The notes: generated by a model from the letters alone, not told the origin. A stretch of DNA of 64,000 bases from an uncultured Bacteroidales bacterium (GCA_946011725.1 CAMGBT010000004.1:2422-66421), one strand, 5' to 3'. Counted from the first letter of the stretch, positions 40,937 to 50,688 are shown. Numbers and translations: made by a program.

Positions 40937-42187
40937 ATGAAAAAATTTTACGCACTTTCTTTGGCGGCCATCTGCGCCGCATCCGCCTTTGCTTCCGCCC
41001 CGTGGGACGGCTCGGCAACGGCCTGGACCGAAGGCGACGGCTCGGCCGACGCCCCGTTTATCATCTCTTCGCCCGCACACCTGGCTTACTTGGCCGAACA
41101 GGTCAACGCCGGATCAACTTTCCAAGGTCAATACTTCCGCATCACCGACGACCTCGATATGGCTGCCGATGCCGGCCGCAAATTCCCTGTAATCGGCCTG
41201 TTCGACACCTACATGGACGGCGAAACGCAGGAGAATGTCGACAACTCCTTGGCTTTCATGGGCACTCTCGACGGCAACTACCACACAATCGACAACCTCG
41301 CCGTGGAATACTTCGATGAAGAAATCGGCGGCACCGGATTCTTCGCCGTACTGCGCAATGAATCAACAGTTTGCAACCTCATCCTCGGCCCCAACTCCTC
41401 AATCACCGGCGACATTGTCACCGGCGCCTTCGTGGGCCAAATGCTCGGCGGCACCATCCAAAACTGCGCCAACTACGCCTCCGTCACCGGCAACATGTTC
41501 ACCGGCGGCTTCGTAGGCTGCATGGAAGGCGGCAGGGTAAGCGCCTGCGCCAACCACGGCATCGTGCTCGGCACCACCGAAGTGGGCGGCATTGTGGGCC
41601 AAGGTGCTTATCGCGGCGCTGTGGAATACTGCTACAACACCGCCGCTGTCACCGCCAGCGGCTTTGGCGGCGCAGGTATCGGCGGCGCACTGTACGACAA
41701 CTTCTCCATATCCAACTGCTACAACGTCGGCGCCATTTCCGGCAAATCCAACCCCTACATGGGCTCTCCTCACGCCATCGTCTCCGACTTGATGAGCACC
41801 AACAAGGTTACTAACTGCCTGTATGTCAGCGAACTGTCGGGCTACGAAGATAACCGCGCCACCGCCGTCACTGCCGACGAGCTCCGCGGCGCTGACGCCC
41901 TCGCCAGACTCAACGGCTCCACCGCCAACTTCGTCGCCGCTCCCGAAGGCCTCAACGACGGCTTCCCCGTCCTCGCCTGGGAAGCTGAGATGGCATCCGT
42001 TCGCTCCGTAGTCATCGACCGCGATGCCGCGTTCACCGTAAACGGCCGCACTATCACCGCCTCAGCCTCCGCCGACGTGTACGACTTCACCGGCCGCCAC
42101 ATCGCCTCCGGCTCCGCTATCACCCTCCCCGCCGGCCACTACATCGTAGTCCTCAACGGCCGCGCCACCAAACTCCACCTCCGCTAA
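40937..42187 (+). CDS. GLUG-motif/ZmpA-like repeat secreted protein with a probable T9SS C-terminal domain
   Basis: Signal peptide, WDG...W..GDGS...PFIISS, F.GTLDGNYHTI, repeated VGGIVG units, C-terminal VYDFTGR...LPAGHYIVVLNG. Confidence 0.82.
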   Translation: MKKFYALSLAAICAASAFASAPWDGSATAWTEGDGSADAPFIISSPAHLAYLAEQVNAGSTFQGQYFRITDDLDMAADAGRKFPVIGLFDTYMDGETQENVDNSLAFMGTLDGNYHTIDNLAVEYFDEEIGGTGFFAVLRNESTVCNLILGPNSSITGDIVTGAFVGQMLGGTIQNCANYASVTGNMFTGGFVGCMEGGRVSACANHGIVLGTTEVGGIVGQGAYRGAVEYCYNTAAVTASGFGGAGIGGALYDNFSISNCYNVGAISGKSNPYMGSPHAIVSDLMSTNKVTNCLYVSELSGYEDNRATAVTADELRGADALARLNGSTANFVAAPEGLNDGFPVLAWEAEMASVRSVVIDRDAAFTVNGRTITASASADVYDFTGRHIASGSAITLPAGHYIVVLNGRATKLHLR

Positions 42188-42205
42188 CCCACATCCACCC
42201 ATACC

Positions 42206-42242
42206 CGTGGCGGAACTACCATCTAAAAGTAGTTCCGCCACG
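42206..42242. terminator. Bidirectional hairpin between the GLUG gene and the integrase
   Basis: cgtggcggaactac / gtagttccgccacg 14-bp perfect stem followed by a T-rich run. Confidence 0.75.
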
Positions 42243-42315
42243 CTTTTGTTGAATCTCCTGTCCTGCTGTGAATTTTCGCACTTTCGGCAGGCTGTGTTCC
42301 GATTCACACTATCGA

Positions 42316-43521
42316 TTAGCTGAGGGCGGCGAGGATGAGTTGGTTGGCGCGGTCCACTACGTGGGTGTCGAGCGAGGCCAGGTAGATGCGGGTGGTGGAT
42401 TCGCTGTCGTGGCCCATGCCTTCGCTGATGACGCTGATGGGCACACCCATTTCGCGGGCGGCGGATGCCCAACTGTGGCGGGCTACGTACATGGTGAGCG
42501 GCACAGTGATTCCCACCATGGCCGCGATGCTTTTCAGGTTGTGGTTGATGTTGTAGCCCACGTTGCGATAGGCGTAGTGGTCGTTGATTTCGTAGCTCGT
42601 GATAATTGGCAGCAGGTATTCGGTGGGGTTGTATGGATAGCGATTGATGATGTCTTGCATTTCATCGGTCCAAGCGATGATGAGCTGTTGACCGGTTTTG
42701 CGGCGGCGATACGTTACGCAGCCATTCTTCAGGTCGCACTTGCGCAAGTAGGCCATGTCGATGAAGCTCATACCGCGCAGGTAGAAGCTCATCATGAACA
42801 TGTCGCGGGCGAATCCGAGGGAGGGGTATTTTTGAAGGTCGAGGGTTTTGATTTGTTTAACCAGTTGGACCGGTAGGGCACGTTTCACAGTCTTGTCCAC
42901 GCCGGTGTAGATGCGCTTGAACGGCGAGCGGTCCTTGATGAGGCCTTGTTCCACGGCGCGATTGTACACGGCGCGGAGGATGCGAAGGTAAAATGAACTG
43001 CTGTTGGGCGCCAAGCCCATTCTCTTGAGATAGGCCTCGTAGGCCTCCATAGTCTCGGAGGATAGCCACTCGAGCATGATGTCTTCATCGCGGCGAAAGC
43101 GACGAAAGCTGCGCAGGGTGGCCGCGTAGGTCTCGGCCGTTCGCGCTTTGCCGGTGATGCGCAGGCGCGTGATTTGCGCTTGCATATAGTTGAATAGCGA
43201 GGTTTGGGTGGTGTATAAATTGTACTGTTCCACGATGTCATCGGCAGAGTAGGGCAGCGCCTGCTCGTCCAACTGATTGACTATCCGGGCGAGCCGTTCG
43301 AGGTCCAGGTGCACGTGATCGCGCACCGACTGCACAAATGCACGTCGCGAATCGTGCATGCCGGGTAGGAGAATGCCCTGCACATTGTCCCACTCCGTGG
43401 CGAAAATGTGGTGCGCCGACACAATCTGACGCACTTCGCGCCGGTGGATGATTTGATAGAAAATGGTGCCCTCACGGTCTGCTTTCAACGAGGCACGAAA
43501 TTTCACTTTGACTGATGCCAT
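42316..43521 (-). CDS. Tyrosine recombinase/integrase with SAM-like domain (Bacteroidetes type)
   Basis: Starts MASVKVKFRAS (ATG43521). Catalytic set R (YLRGM), K (RRKTG), YVARHS, MGH and Y (TRIYL) is intact. Confidence 0.93.
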   Translation of the reverse strand: MASVKVKFRASLKADREGTIFYQIIHRREVRQIVSAHHIFATEWDNVQGILLPGMHDSRRAFVQSVRDHVHLDLERLARIVNQLDEQALPYSADDIVEQYNLYTTQTSLFNYMQAQITRLRITGKARTAETYAATLRSFRRFRRDEDIMLEWLSSETMEAYEAYLKRMGLAPNSSSFYLRILRAVYNRAVEQGLIKDRSPFKRIYTGVDKTVKRALPVQLVKQIKTLDLQKYPSLGFARDMFMMSFYLRGMSFIDMAYLRKCDLKNGCVTYRRRKTGQQLIIAWTDEMQDIINRYPYNPTEYLLPIITSYEINDHYAYRNVGYNINHNLKSIAAMVGITVPLTMYVARHSWASAAREMGVPISVISEGMGHDSESTTRIYLASLDTHVVDRANQLILAALS

Positions 43522-43600
43522 ACCCGATTTTTTGAATGTTAAGTTGACAAAATTACGAACGTTCGAAATTTTTTCGTACCTTTGCCGAAAAATTTTATGT

Positions 43601-44140
43601 ATGGAAATAGTTGTATTAAACGGAAGCCCACGTCGCGGTGGCAACACCGACGCCCTTGTCATGTCGTTTATGCATGGCGCTTTTGAGAGTGGTAATGCCG
43701 TGATTATTAATAATGTCACCGACTTTGAGGTGCGCCCATGCGTAGGTTGCAACCGCTGTTTCAAATCCGACGAGCATCTATGCTGGCAGGACGACCACAT
43801 GCAGTTCATTATCAACCAACTGCGCTGTGCCGACATGTTGGTAATCGCCTCGCCGGTGTACTTCTACTCCATCAGCGCCCAGCTCAAGGCACTGATCGAC
43901 CGCTTGCACAACCCCGTGCGCGATACCTTCAAAATCAAGCAAATAGCACTGCTGTGCACCGCCGCTTCGTCCAATCCCCGCGCCTTCGATGCCATCAAGA
44001 CGCAGTACGAATTGCTGTGCGAATACTTCAAACTGGAAGACGTCGGACAAATCCTCGCCGGCGGCCAAAAGGAAAAACGCGGCGAAGCCATCCGACCATA
44101 CGTTGAGTTGGCTTACCGCCTTGGCAAGAGCATCCGATGA
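43601..44140 (+). CDS. Flavodoxin family (NADPH-dependent FMN reductase-like) protein
   Basis: LNGSPRRGGNT, C.GC..C...C..DD, ASPVYF, LKALIDR. Promoter TACCTTTG at 43577-43584. Confidence 0.92.
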   Translation: MEIVVLNGSPRRGGNTDALVMSFMHGAFESGNAVIINNVTDFEVRPCVGCNRCFKSDEHLCWQDDHMQFIINQLRCADMLVIASPVYFYSISAQLKALIDRLHNPVRDTFKIKQIALLCTAASSNPRAFDAIKTQYELLCEYFKLEDVGQILAGGQKEKRGEAIRPYVELAYRLGKSIR

Positions 44141-45114
44141 GACACTTCGTATACGCTCTGATTATTATGCTCGCGTGTTCGTGCTCGGCCTCACTGATGC
44201 ATCGGCAGGCCGATGCGTTCCTGCGCAACATGCCCGCCGGCTTGCAGGACCGCCAAGCGGACGCTATCGAGCTGGCCATCGCCGGCGACAATTCGGCGCT
44301 TGAATCGGTGCGCCGCTCGCGCAACGCCGCACCGGAGATTTCGCCGAATGTCGACACGTGTATGCTCACACCCTCCTTGCGCCTGTACTCGCCCAAAGGC
44401 ACCGAGGACCGGCAGTTGCCGTTGCTGATCTACCTGCACGGCGGCGGGTGGACGTTCGGTAGCCTCAACAGTTGCGCCCGCTTCTGCAACGCCATGGCGG
44501 CAAGCGGATCGGTGCGCGTGCTGGCCGTGGACTATCGCTTGGCGCCCGAGCACCCTTACCCCGCGGGGTTGGACGACTGCTGCGCAGCGTTGCAGTATGC
44601 CACTGACCATGCCGCACAATTGAGCATCGACCTCGCTCGCATCAGCATCGGCGGCGACAGTTCCGGCGGCAACCTCGCCATCTCCACCGCCCTCCGTTCG
44701 CCCGGCGCAGTGCATTCCTTGCTGCTATTCTACCCGGTCACCAAGGCCTTCGCCGACGGCTCGGACTCGTGGAGCAGCTTTGGCTGCGGCTACGGCCTCG
44801 ACAGCCGAATCATGGAGCAGTTCAACCGTGCCTACACCCTTCACGCCGAGCCTACCGACACCCTCATCAGTCCCGGCCTTTGCTCCGATGCCACCATCGC
44901 CGCCTTGCCGCCCACCTTGCTCGTGGCCGCCGAACGCGACATCCTCCGCGACCAAGGGCGCGAATTCGCCGCCAAGGCACCGCAAACCATCACCCGCGTG
45001 GAATTGCCTTATACTGTGCACCTTTTCATCACCGTGCCGGGCCAAGATGCCGCTTTCAATCAGGCTGTTAGCCTCGCACTCGAATTTTTATACATAAAAA
45101 ATTTGCAGGAATGA
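44137..45114 (+). CDS. Alpha/beta hydrolase (HSL-family esterase), probable lipoprotein
   Basis: YLHGGGW, DYRLAPEHPYP, GDSSGG, D.LRDQG, H near the C-terminus. LACSC lipobox. Confidence 0.92.
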   Translation: MRHFVYALIIMLACSCSASLMHRQADAFLRNMPAGLQDRQADAIELAIAGDNSALESVRRSRNAAPEISPNVDTCMLTPSLRLYSPKGTEDRQLPLLIYLHGGGWTFGSLNSCARFCNAMAASGSVRVLAVDYRLAPEHPYPAGLDDCCAALQYATDHAAQLSIDLARISIGGDSSGGNLAISTALRSPGAVHSLLLFYPVTKAFADGSDSWSSFGCGYGLDSRIMEQFNRAYTLHAEPTDTLISPGLCSDATIAALPPTLLVAAERDILRDQGREFAAKAPQTITRVELPYTVHLFITVPGQDAAFNQAVSLALEFLYIKNLQE

Positions 45115-45153
45115 ATTATGTGTGTTAACTTTGCGCAAGAAAACTAAACTTCT

Positions 45154-46722
45154 ATGGACAACAAAGAAATACTTCGCGACCGCATCCGCGGCTCGCTCAT
45201 GGCCGGAGCCGCCGGCGACGCGCTCGGCTACACCGTGGAATTTATGTCGCTCGATGAGATTCGTCGCCGTTACGGGCAACGGGGCATCACCCGCTTCGAG
45301 CTCACCGACGGCAAGGCACTCATCAGCGACGATACGCAGATGACGCTTTTCACCGCCAACGGCATCCTGATGGGCGTGACTCGTGGCCACATGCGCGGCG
45401 TGTTCGGCAGCTTCGAGTGCTACGTCAGGGATGCCTACCTCGACTGGTACTTTACCCAGACCGAGCGCAAGCGCGCCGGCGATTGGCGCCCAACCTGGCT
45501 GCGTGACCTGCCCGAATTGGCTCACCGCCGCGCTCCGGGCAACACATGCCTGACGGCCTGCGAAGCCATACTCCAAGGCTGCGAACCGGACAACGAAAGT
45601 TGCGGATGCGGCGGTATCATGCGCGTGGCGCCCATGCCGCTATTCGTCGCCGCCAACAAGAATATGAGCGCCGAACAAACCGACTTCACCTCCTCTGAAA
45701 TTGCTCGCCTCACCCATAAGCACCCGCTCGGCTTCCTGCCCGCAGCCATGCTTAGCCACTTGATTCTCAGTGTGATGGATAAGCCGGTCGACATAGTCTG
45801 CCGCACCATCTCCGCCATCGTGCTACAAAGCGCCGAGGCTGTATCCAACCTCTATCCCGGCGAGTATATCGCCGAAAAGTTGCTACTCATCAAGAAGACG
45901 CAGCTCGCCATCGAACTGGCCGCAAACTCCAAAAGCGACACCGACAACATCCGCCAGCTCGGCCAAGGCTGGACCGGCCACGAAGCGTGGTTTATCGCCG
46001 TGTACTGTGCCATCCATCACGTTGACAACCCCGCCCAAGCCATCATCGCCGCAGTCAACCACGATGGCGACAGCGACTCCACCGGCTCAATCTGCGGCAA
46101 TATCGTCGGCGCTATCCACGGCTATGAAGTACTCAAACGCCATCGCATCTTCTGCCCCGACGGCGCCGAGCTGGAGCAAACGCTCGAACTATCGAACATA
46201 ATTCTGGCACTCGCCGACGACCTCGCCACCAAGTGCCCAATCGGCGATTACATCCCAATCGATACCCCTGCCAAGAAGCAGTGGTACATGCGCTATGTCG
46301 AAATGGAGCCCGCCGGAATCGGTCAACCACTTTACAACCGGCCATACGCTCCCGACAAAATCAGCCAGCTCCGCGAGAACGAAATCTTCGTGTTCGGCAG
46401 CAACCTCAAAGGCATGCACGGCGGCGGAGCGGCACGCGCAGCTCACCAGCGCTTCGGCGCCATCATGGGCGTGGGTGTCGGCCTCCAAGGCCAATCCTAC
46501 GCCATCCCTACCATGCAAGGCGGCGTCGTCACCATCCGCCCCTATGTGGACCAATTCATCGACTTCGCGCGTAGCCGTCCCGACCTCACCTTCTTAGTAA
46601 CCCGCATCGGGTGCGGCATCGCCGGCTTCACTGACGCCAACATCGCCCCGCTCTTCCGCGCCGCCCTCCCCGTGGCCAACATCCTTCTTCCCCGCTCCTT
46701 CGTCACCATCCTGCAGCCCTAA
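45154..46722 (+). CDS. ADP-ribosylglycohydrolase fused to a C-terminal macrodomain-like (A1S_2505-type) domain
   Basis: GAAGDALG, SDDTQMT, GDSDSTGSICG. The C-terminal domain has IFVFGSN..G.HGGGAA..A...FGA..G...GLQGQSYAIPT...TRIGCGIAG. Confidence 0.9.
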   Translation: MDNKEILRDRIRGSLMAGAAGDALGYTVEFMSLDEIRRRYGQRGITRFELTDGKALISDDTQMTLFTANGILMGVTRGHMRGVFGSFECYVRDAYLDWYFTQTERKRAGDWRPTWLRDLPELAHRRAPGNTCLTACEAILQGCEPDNESCGCGGIMRVAPMPLFVAANKNMSAEQTDFTSSEIARLTHKHPLGFLPAAMLSHLILSVMDKPVDIVCRTISAIVLQSAEAVSNLYPGEYIAEKLLLIKKTQLAIELAANSKSDTDNIRQLGQGWTGHEAWFIAVYCAIHHVDNPAQAIIAAVNHDGDSDSTGSICGNIVGAIHGYEVLKRHRIFCPDGAELEQTLELSNIILALADDLATKCPIGDYIPIDTPAKKQWYMRYVEMEPAGIGQPLYNRPYAPDKISQLRENEIFVFGSNLKGMHGGGAARAAHQRFGAIMGVGVGLQGQSYAIPTMQGGVVTIRPYVDQFIDFARSRPDLTFLVTRIGCGIAGFTDANIAPLFRAALPVANILLPRSFVTILQP

Positions 46723-47049
46723 CCACCCGCCGCCGCTCACCTATCGGTGCTCGGCGGCCATCTGCAGGTAGTATTCTTCGTAAGACCCGGAGTAATCGTA
46801 ATCCTCCTCCGTGGCTGCCTGAACCTCCTCGGTGGTCCCAGGGGCGTCCAATGCCTCCTCCGTATGTAAGAAGATGAGGCCTGAGGGTGTATCAAAAGGT
46901 CAGAATCAGTAGGGACGCGACCTGCCTATTGGCGACTTTTTCAGTGCGTTTCTAAAAAAACTACGTTCTACGTTTACGTCTTACGTTAAAAATTCGTTAC
47001 TTCGTAACTTCGTTTAACCACGCCCGCCCGGCAGCCGAACGAATCTTCT

Positions 47050-48045
47050 TTACCGATTGAGGTTGAAGCGGAGTTGGAGCGGGAGAGGGAGCAAGTAGCG
47101 GCTTCCGGCTTTGCGGATAGCCATGTGGGGGAGGGAGGCCCTTTCCATCCGCATATTGGCCACAAGGCAGTCTCGGAACGCGCTACCAAAAGGCGAGTGA
47201 AATTCCTCCATCCCGCCATCTGGCTTCACCAGGATGTAGTGGCCGTGGACTTCCTCGCGCCCGTTCCACGGTGTGTCAAGTCGCATCCCGCTGAACGCGC
47301 TCAAAAGAAACTGCCCAATTTTGATTCGGTAGGTTGTCGATAGGTCGTCAAAACCGTAATTCGCCACATCATGGGCCGCCAGATACTCTACGCAATCTTC
47401 CATCGAAGTGGTGTCGCAGAGGTTATCAAAGTAGAATTTTTTCAACATTCCGCCAAGAATGGACACCATCTCAATGCCGCCACACATTATCAAACTCATG
47501 CGGGCCTCCTCTTTTGTCGCACCGATGATTTGGATATCGCAACCCTCGCTTTTGAGATATTCCATCCGCTCTTTACATGCCGACGCTTTGAACTGGCTAT
47601 TGAAATGCTCCATCTTTGCGTCGTCAATGTTGCCTGTTACCTCAAACATGAAATACGCACCATCTCCATCAGTCTTCAAAGTGGTTGATTCACACTCAAT
47701 TAGCGCATTGAAGCAATCAATCCACAAGATTTTCGTAGTGACGCGTTCTTTCTCATACTCAGTTTGATTCGCAAACAAAGTGGATACAAACTTTTCGACA
47801 GCCGCAACCTTCACCCCTGCTTGCATTTGTCGCAAATACTCAACGACCGCTTCGAAAAACGCGGCTGCATTTGTGATCACGAGCGGATGACCTGCAATAG
47901 TGTCAATCACCACCGCTTTATCTGACAAATCAACGTGTTGTACATATTTTTCATTAGTCAGCAGTGCATAAACGCTGTAGAGAAACTCCGCTAACTTATC
48001 AATATTCCGAACATCCGTCAGGACTCTTTTAAAATATTCTTTCAT
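47050..48045 (-). CDS. HpaII-family restriction-endonuclease-like protein, catalytic motifs apparently degenerate
   Basis: C-terminal Y.IKI..FL.....GM....PW.G.....G.YILVK.DG...LQLRF follows the HpaII family pattern as recalled from memory. Confidence 0.7.
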   Translation of the reverse strand: MKEYFKRVLTDVRNIDKLAEFLYSVYALLTNEKYVQHVDLSDKAVVIDTIAGHPLVITNAAAFFEAVVEYLRQMQAGVKVAAVEKFVSTLFANQTEYEKERVTTKILWIDCFNALIECESTTLKTDGDGAYFMFEVTGNIDDAKMEHFNSQFKASACKERMEYLKSEGCDIQIIGATKEEARMSLIMCGGIEMVSILGGMLKKFYFDNLCDTTSMEDCVEYLAAHDVANYGFDDLSTTYRIKIGQFLLSAFSGMRLDTPWNGREEVHGHYILVKPDGGMEEFHSPFGSAFRDCLVANMRMERASLPHMAIRKAGSRYLLPLPLQLRFNLNR

Positions 48046-48269
48046 CGCTTATAAACTATATACCGCGAAGTTAAGCAATGTCGGGTGCAAAATTCTTGCA
48101 CCGCAGTGCAAATTTATGAAATTTTGCAATCCTTTATTTTATAGTTTAAAAATTCAAAGTAAGCTAATAATCGCTGCTTAACACAATGGCGCGGATGGTA
48201 TGCGCCGTATATCAATAATGTGAACCGGTATAACAGTCTTTTGTGATGGACACAGCGTACAACGCTCTC

Positions 48270-48370
48270 ACAGAATGGCAGGAGATTAAGCAGGGTTACA
48301 GAATCTAATTCATTGATAATCAGGAATCCACAGATAGAGCCGTGGCTTGCCGCGGCATACCCGGATGGCC
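48270..48370 (-). repeat. About 100-bp dispersed element, copy 2 (inverted relative to 31310-31409)
   Basis: The reverse complement of 48336-48370 is identical to 31310-31344. Confidence 0.85.
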
Positions 48371-48398
48371 AAATCGCAGGTCAAAAATCAAATTGTAA

Positions 48399-48648
48399 GT
48401 TGTTCCATATCAGTCGCCGCTGTAATGGCCGGCGATGCCGTCCGCAAGGTTATATGGTTGACCGTCGACCAAGCACGTATGGTCGCGGAGATTTGTCAGC
48501 ACCTCAGCCTCGGCGGCGTTACATTGCAACAAGGCGTTGAGCGCATCGGCCTTCGACATCAGCACTTGGTAGAAGATGCACTGCAATTCGCGCGAAAGGT
48601 CGGAGTAACTCTCCTGCTCGTAGCGAAAGTCCTCATAGCTGCGGAATT
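48399..48648. repeat. 250-bp direct repeat, copy A (orphan 3' end of the 274-aa lipoprotein gene plus the first 10 nt of the methyltransferase)
   Basis: Aligns to 51299-51548 at an offset of exactly 2900 with 7 substitutions and no indels. Confidence 0.95.
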
Positions 48649-48787
48649 CTATTGACTATCAACTGCACAATATACAGTTTATTGTATTAGTGTTTTTATC
48701 AAATAAAATTTTATGGTAGAATTATTTCTACTTTAATGAGTCAAAATGTTTCGCATTTCTATCACAATTTAGCAAAAATGCTGCGAA

Positions 48788-49894
48788 TTACACGCAAATC
48801 CAATCTATTTGCCTTGCTTCGTGAGGCTCAGGAATTGTCATCTTGCCGAGCATCGTCTCGATTACCGACTGTGGAACGGCTGCTTCGCGGGAATTGTTGC
48901 GTTCGAGCAATGTCGGCCAATCGGTTTCGAGGTAGACGATGTTGACACGGGCTTTGTAAGTCTCGAACAGCGCGACGAGTTGCTGGCGCGTAGCCTGAGT
49001 GATATTGGTGGCGTTCCAGACAAACTGACAATGGTTGCGCAGATACTCCTTAGCCTGCTCCTTGGCGAGGTTTGCCACGAGCCCCTGGTTCTCGGTTGGA
49101 AGAATTTTCCGTTCGCGGCGTATCTCGTCGAGCGAAATCATTGGGATGTCAGGTAGATTCCGTCGTATCCATGTATCCTTGCCGGTGCCGGGAAGACCGC
49201 TCATCAGATAGACCGGACCCCAGGTGTCGTCGTAGAGTTGCTGGTCTTTCCACACGTTGCGGCCGCCGAAGTAACCGCGCATGGTATAGTCGGACGGGAA
49301 CGGATAACAGCCGTCGAGGCATTCTTCCTCCTTGGCCAGTTCCTCGCACAGGGCTATCTGCTCGAGCACCTGCTGCTTGTCGTTGCAAACACGTCCGAGC
49401 ATGTCGGCTTTGGCGAGCAGGCAAAGCAACCGGAGCGAGAAATCGGGCAGAAGGCGTCCCTCGGCCGCTATGCGATGCAGGCGCAATGCGGCATCGTCGG
49501 CATCGATGGCATGAGGAGGAAACGTATGGTAGCGGATGAGTCGGCATACGGTTTCGCGACGACGCATCAGTTCCGGAGTGCCGCTCATTCCGGCCTTCCA
49601 CATTCTCTCACGCATCATTCGGCTTCCGATAGGGGCGTGATGCGGCGCTTGTATCTGTCCGGAAATTTCTTTGGTCGCGGGTATCTTCCCTATGTCGTGC
49701 AGACGTGCTGCAGCCATAAGCAGTTCGCGCCGGTTCTCAGGCAAAGACCGATACTCAGGCAACGATTCGAGCGCGTTGCACACCATCAGCGTGTGGATGT
49801 ATACATCTCCCTCCCCGTGCCAGTGCTCGTGCTGGGGTGTCAGACGCAGTTGTTCAGAAAGCTGCGCGAATATGTCGACGGCGATATCTGTCAT
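48788..49894 (-). CDS. HD-Pnk: HD phosphoesterase domain fused to an AAA_33/PNK-type 5'-OH kinase
   Basis: HGEGDVYIHT...LHDIGK (HD), then GLPGTGKDT P-loop, SLDEIR, WNATN. Confidence 0.88.
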   Translation of the reverse strand: MTDIAVDIFAQLSEQLRLTPQHEHWHGEGDVYIHTLMVCNALESLPEYRSLPENRRELLMAAARLHDIGKIPATKEISGQIQAPHHAPIGSRMMRERMWKAGMSGTPELMRRRETVCRLIRYHTFPPHAIDADDAALRLHRIAAEGRLLPDFSLRLLCLLAKADMLGRVCNDKQQVLEQIALCEELAKEEECLDGCYPFPSDYTMRGYFGGRNVWKDQQLYDDTWGPVYLMSGLPGTGKDTWIRRNLPDIPMISLDEIRRERKILPTENQGLVANLAKEQAKEYLRNHCQFVWNATNITQATRQQLVALFETYKARVNIVYLETDWPTLLERNNSREAAVPQSVIETMLGKMTIPEPHEARQIDWICV

Positions 49895-50688
49895 AGGAAG
49901 AGTTTAGTGATGGGGACGGTTATGCGATTGGGGACAATCGGGCGGTCGAGCCAGTGCGACTGCGATTCCTCGACGGTCTGGAGGAATGAGGCGCGGACAT
50001 ATTTCATACGGTCGACCACCTCGCCGTTTTCCTCAACCTTGATATAGATACCCTCCATTGTGCGTGAAGCGTCGGTCTCGCGGCAGATACGGTCGGCGTT
50101 GAGGCCGAGGCGGTCGGCATCCTCGCGGAGATGAGATATATGGGCGGCCGAGATATAATTGGAGTCGCCCAGATGCTTCAGAATATCATCCATCGAGGAA
50201 AATCTACCCGATGCCAATACCGGACATGAACAGACCGGGAGATTTCGGATAAGGGCATGACGCGATGGTGTGTCGAGGAAACGGTCGGTTTTGCGGTCCA
50301 AAATGTCAAACTCCATGAAATAGTTGGGCAGGAGGTCGTAATAGATGGTATGTTTGGCATACATCCATTCGCCATACATTACGTAGCGGTCGCCCAATAC
50401 TTCATAAAATTTGTCTTTATGCACCGCGGCCCATTGCTTCATCAGGTCGTAGTGCTTCTCGCGCGAGCCACCCACCAGGAAATGGCCGCGGCTCTGGAGG
50501 CGTAGCTCGCCTTCGTCGGTAAAGGAGATTGCCGAGTTGGCTCCGTCGATCTTCTCTTCCAGCACCACATTTCGTCCCTCGATTTCAATAAACCGTCGCT
50601 GACGCAGGTCTTCATCGCCCGGTTGCAGACGCGAGCCTTGTATATGAGGCGTGCGCGGGTATTTTATGATGATGTCATCTCTTTTCAT
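49891..50688 (-). CDS. ATP-dependent RNA ligase (Rnl2-like nucleotidyltransferase domain)
   Basis: KYPRTPH, motif I EEKIDG, LQSRG, YGEWM, EFDI, EGIYIK, RMKYV. Start ATG50688 overlaps the MTase stop. Confidence 0.9.
   Translation of the reverse strand: MKRDDIIIKYPRTPHIQGSRLQPGDEDLRQRRFIEIEGRNVVLEEKIDGANSAISFTDEGELRLQSRGHFLVGGSREKHYDLMKQWAAVHKDKFYEVLGDRYVMYGEWMYAKHTIYYDLLPNYFMEFDILDRKTDRFLDTPSRHALIRNLPVCSCPVLASGRFSSMDDILKHLGDSNYISAAHISHLREDADRLGLNADRICRETDASRTMEGIYIKVEENGEVVDRMKYVRASFLQTVEESQSHWLDRPIVPNRITVPITKLFL

Noticed and set aside
42190-42315. tRNA or attB/attL site beside the integrase
   Set aside because: Only a terminator hairpin is present. No cloverleaf, and no matching direct repeat found elsewhere in the window by eye.
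43522-43600. Invertible promoter controlled by the integrase
   Set aside because: No flanking inverted repeats of convincing length around the divergent promoters.
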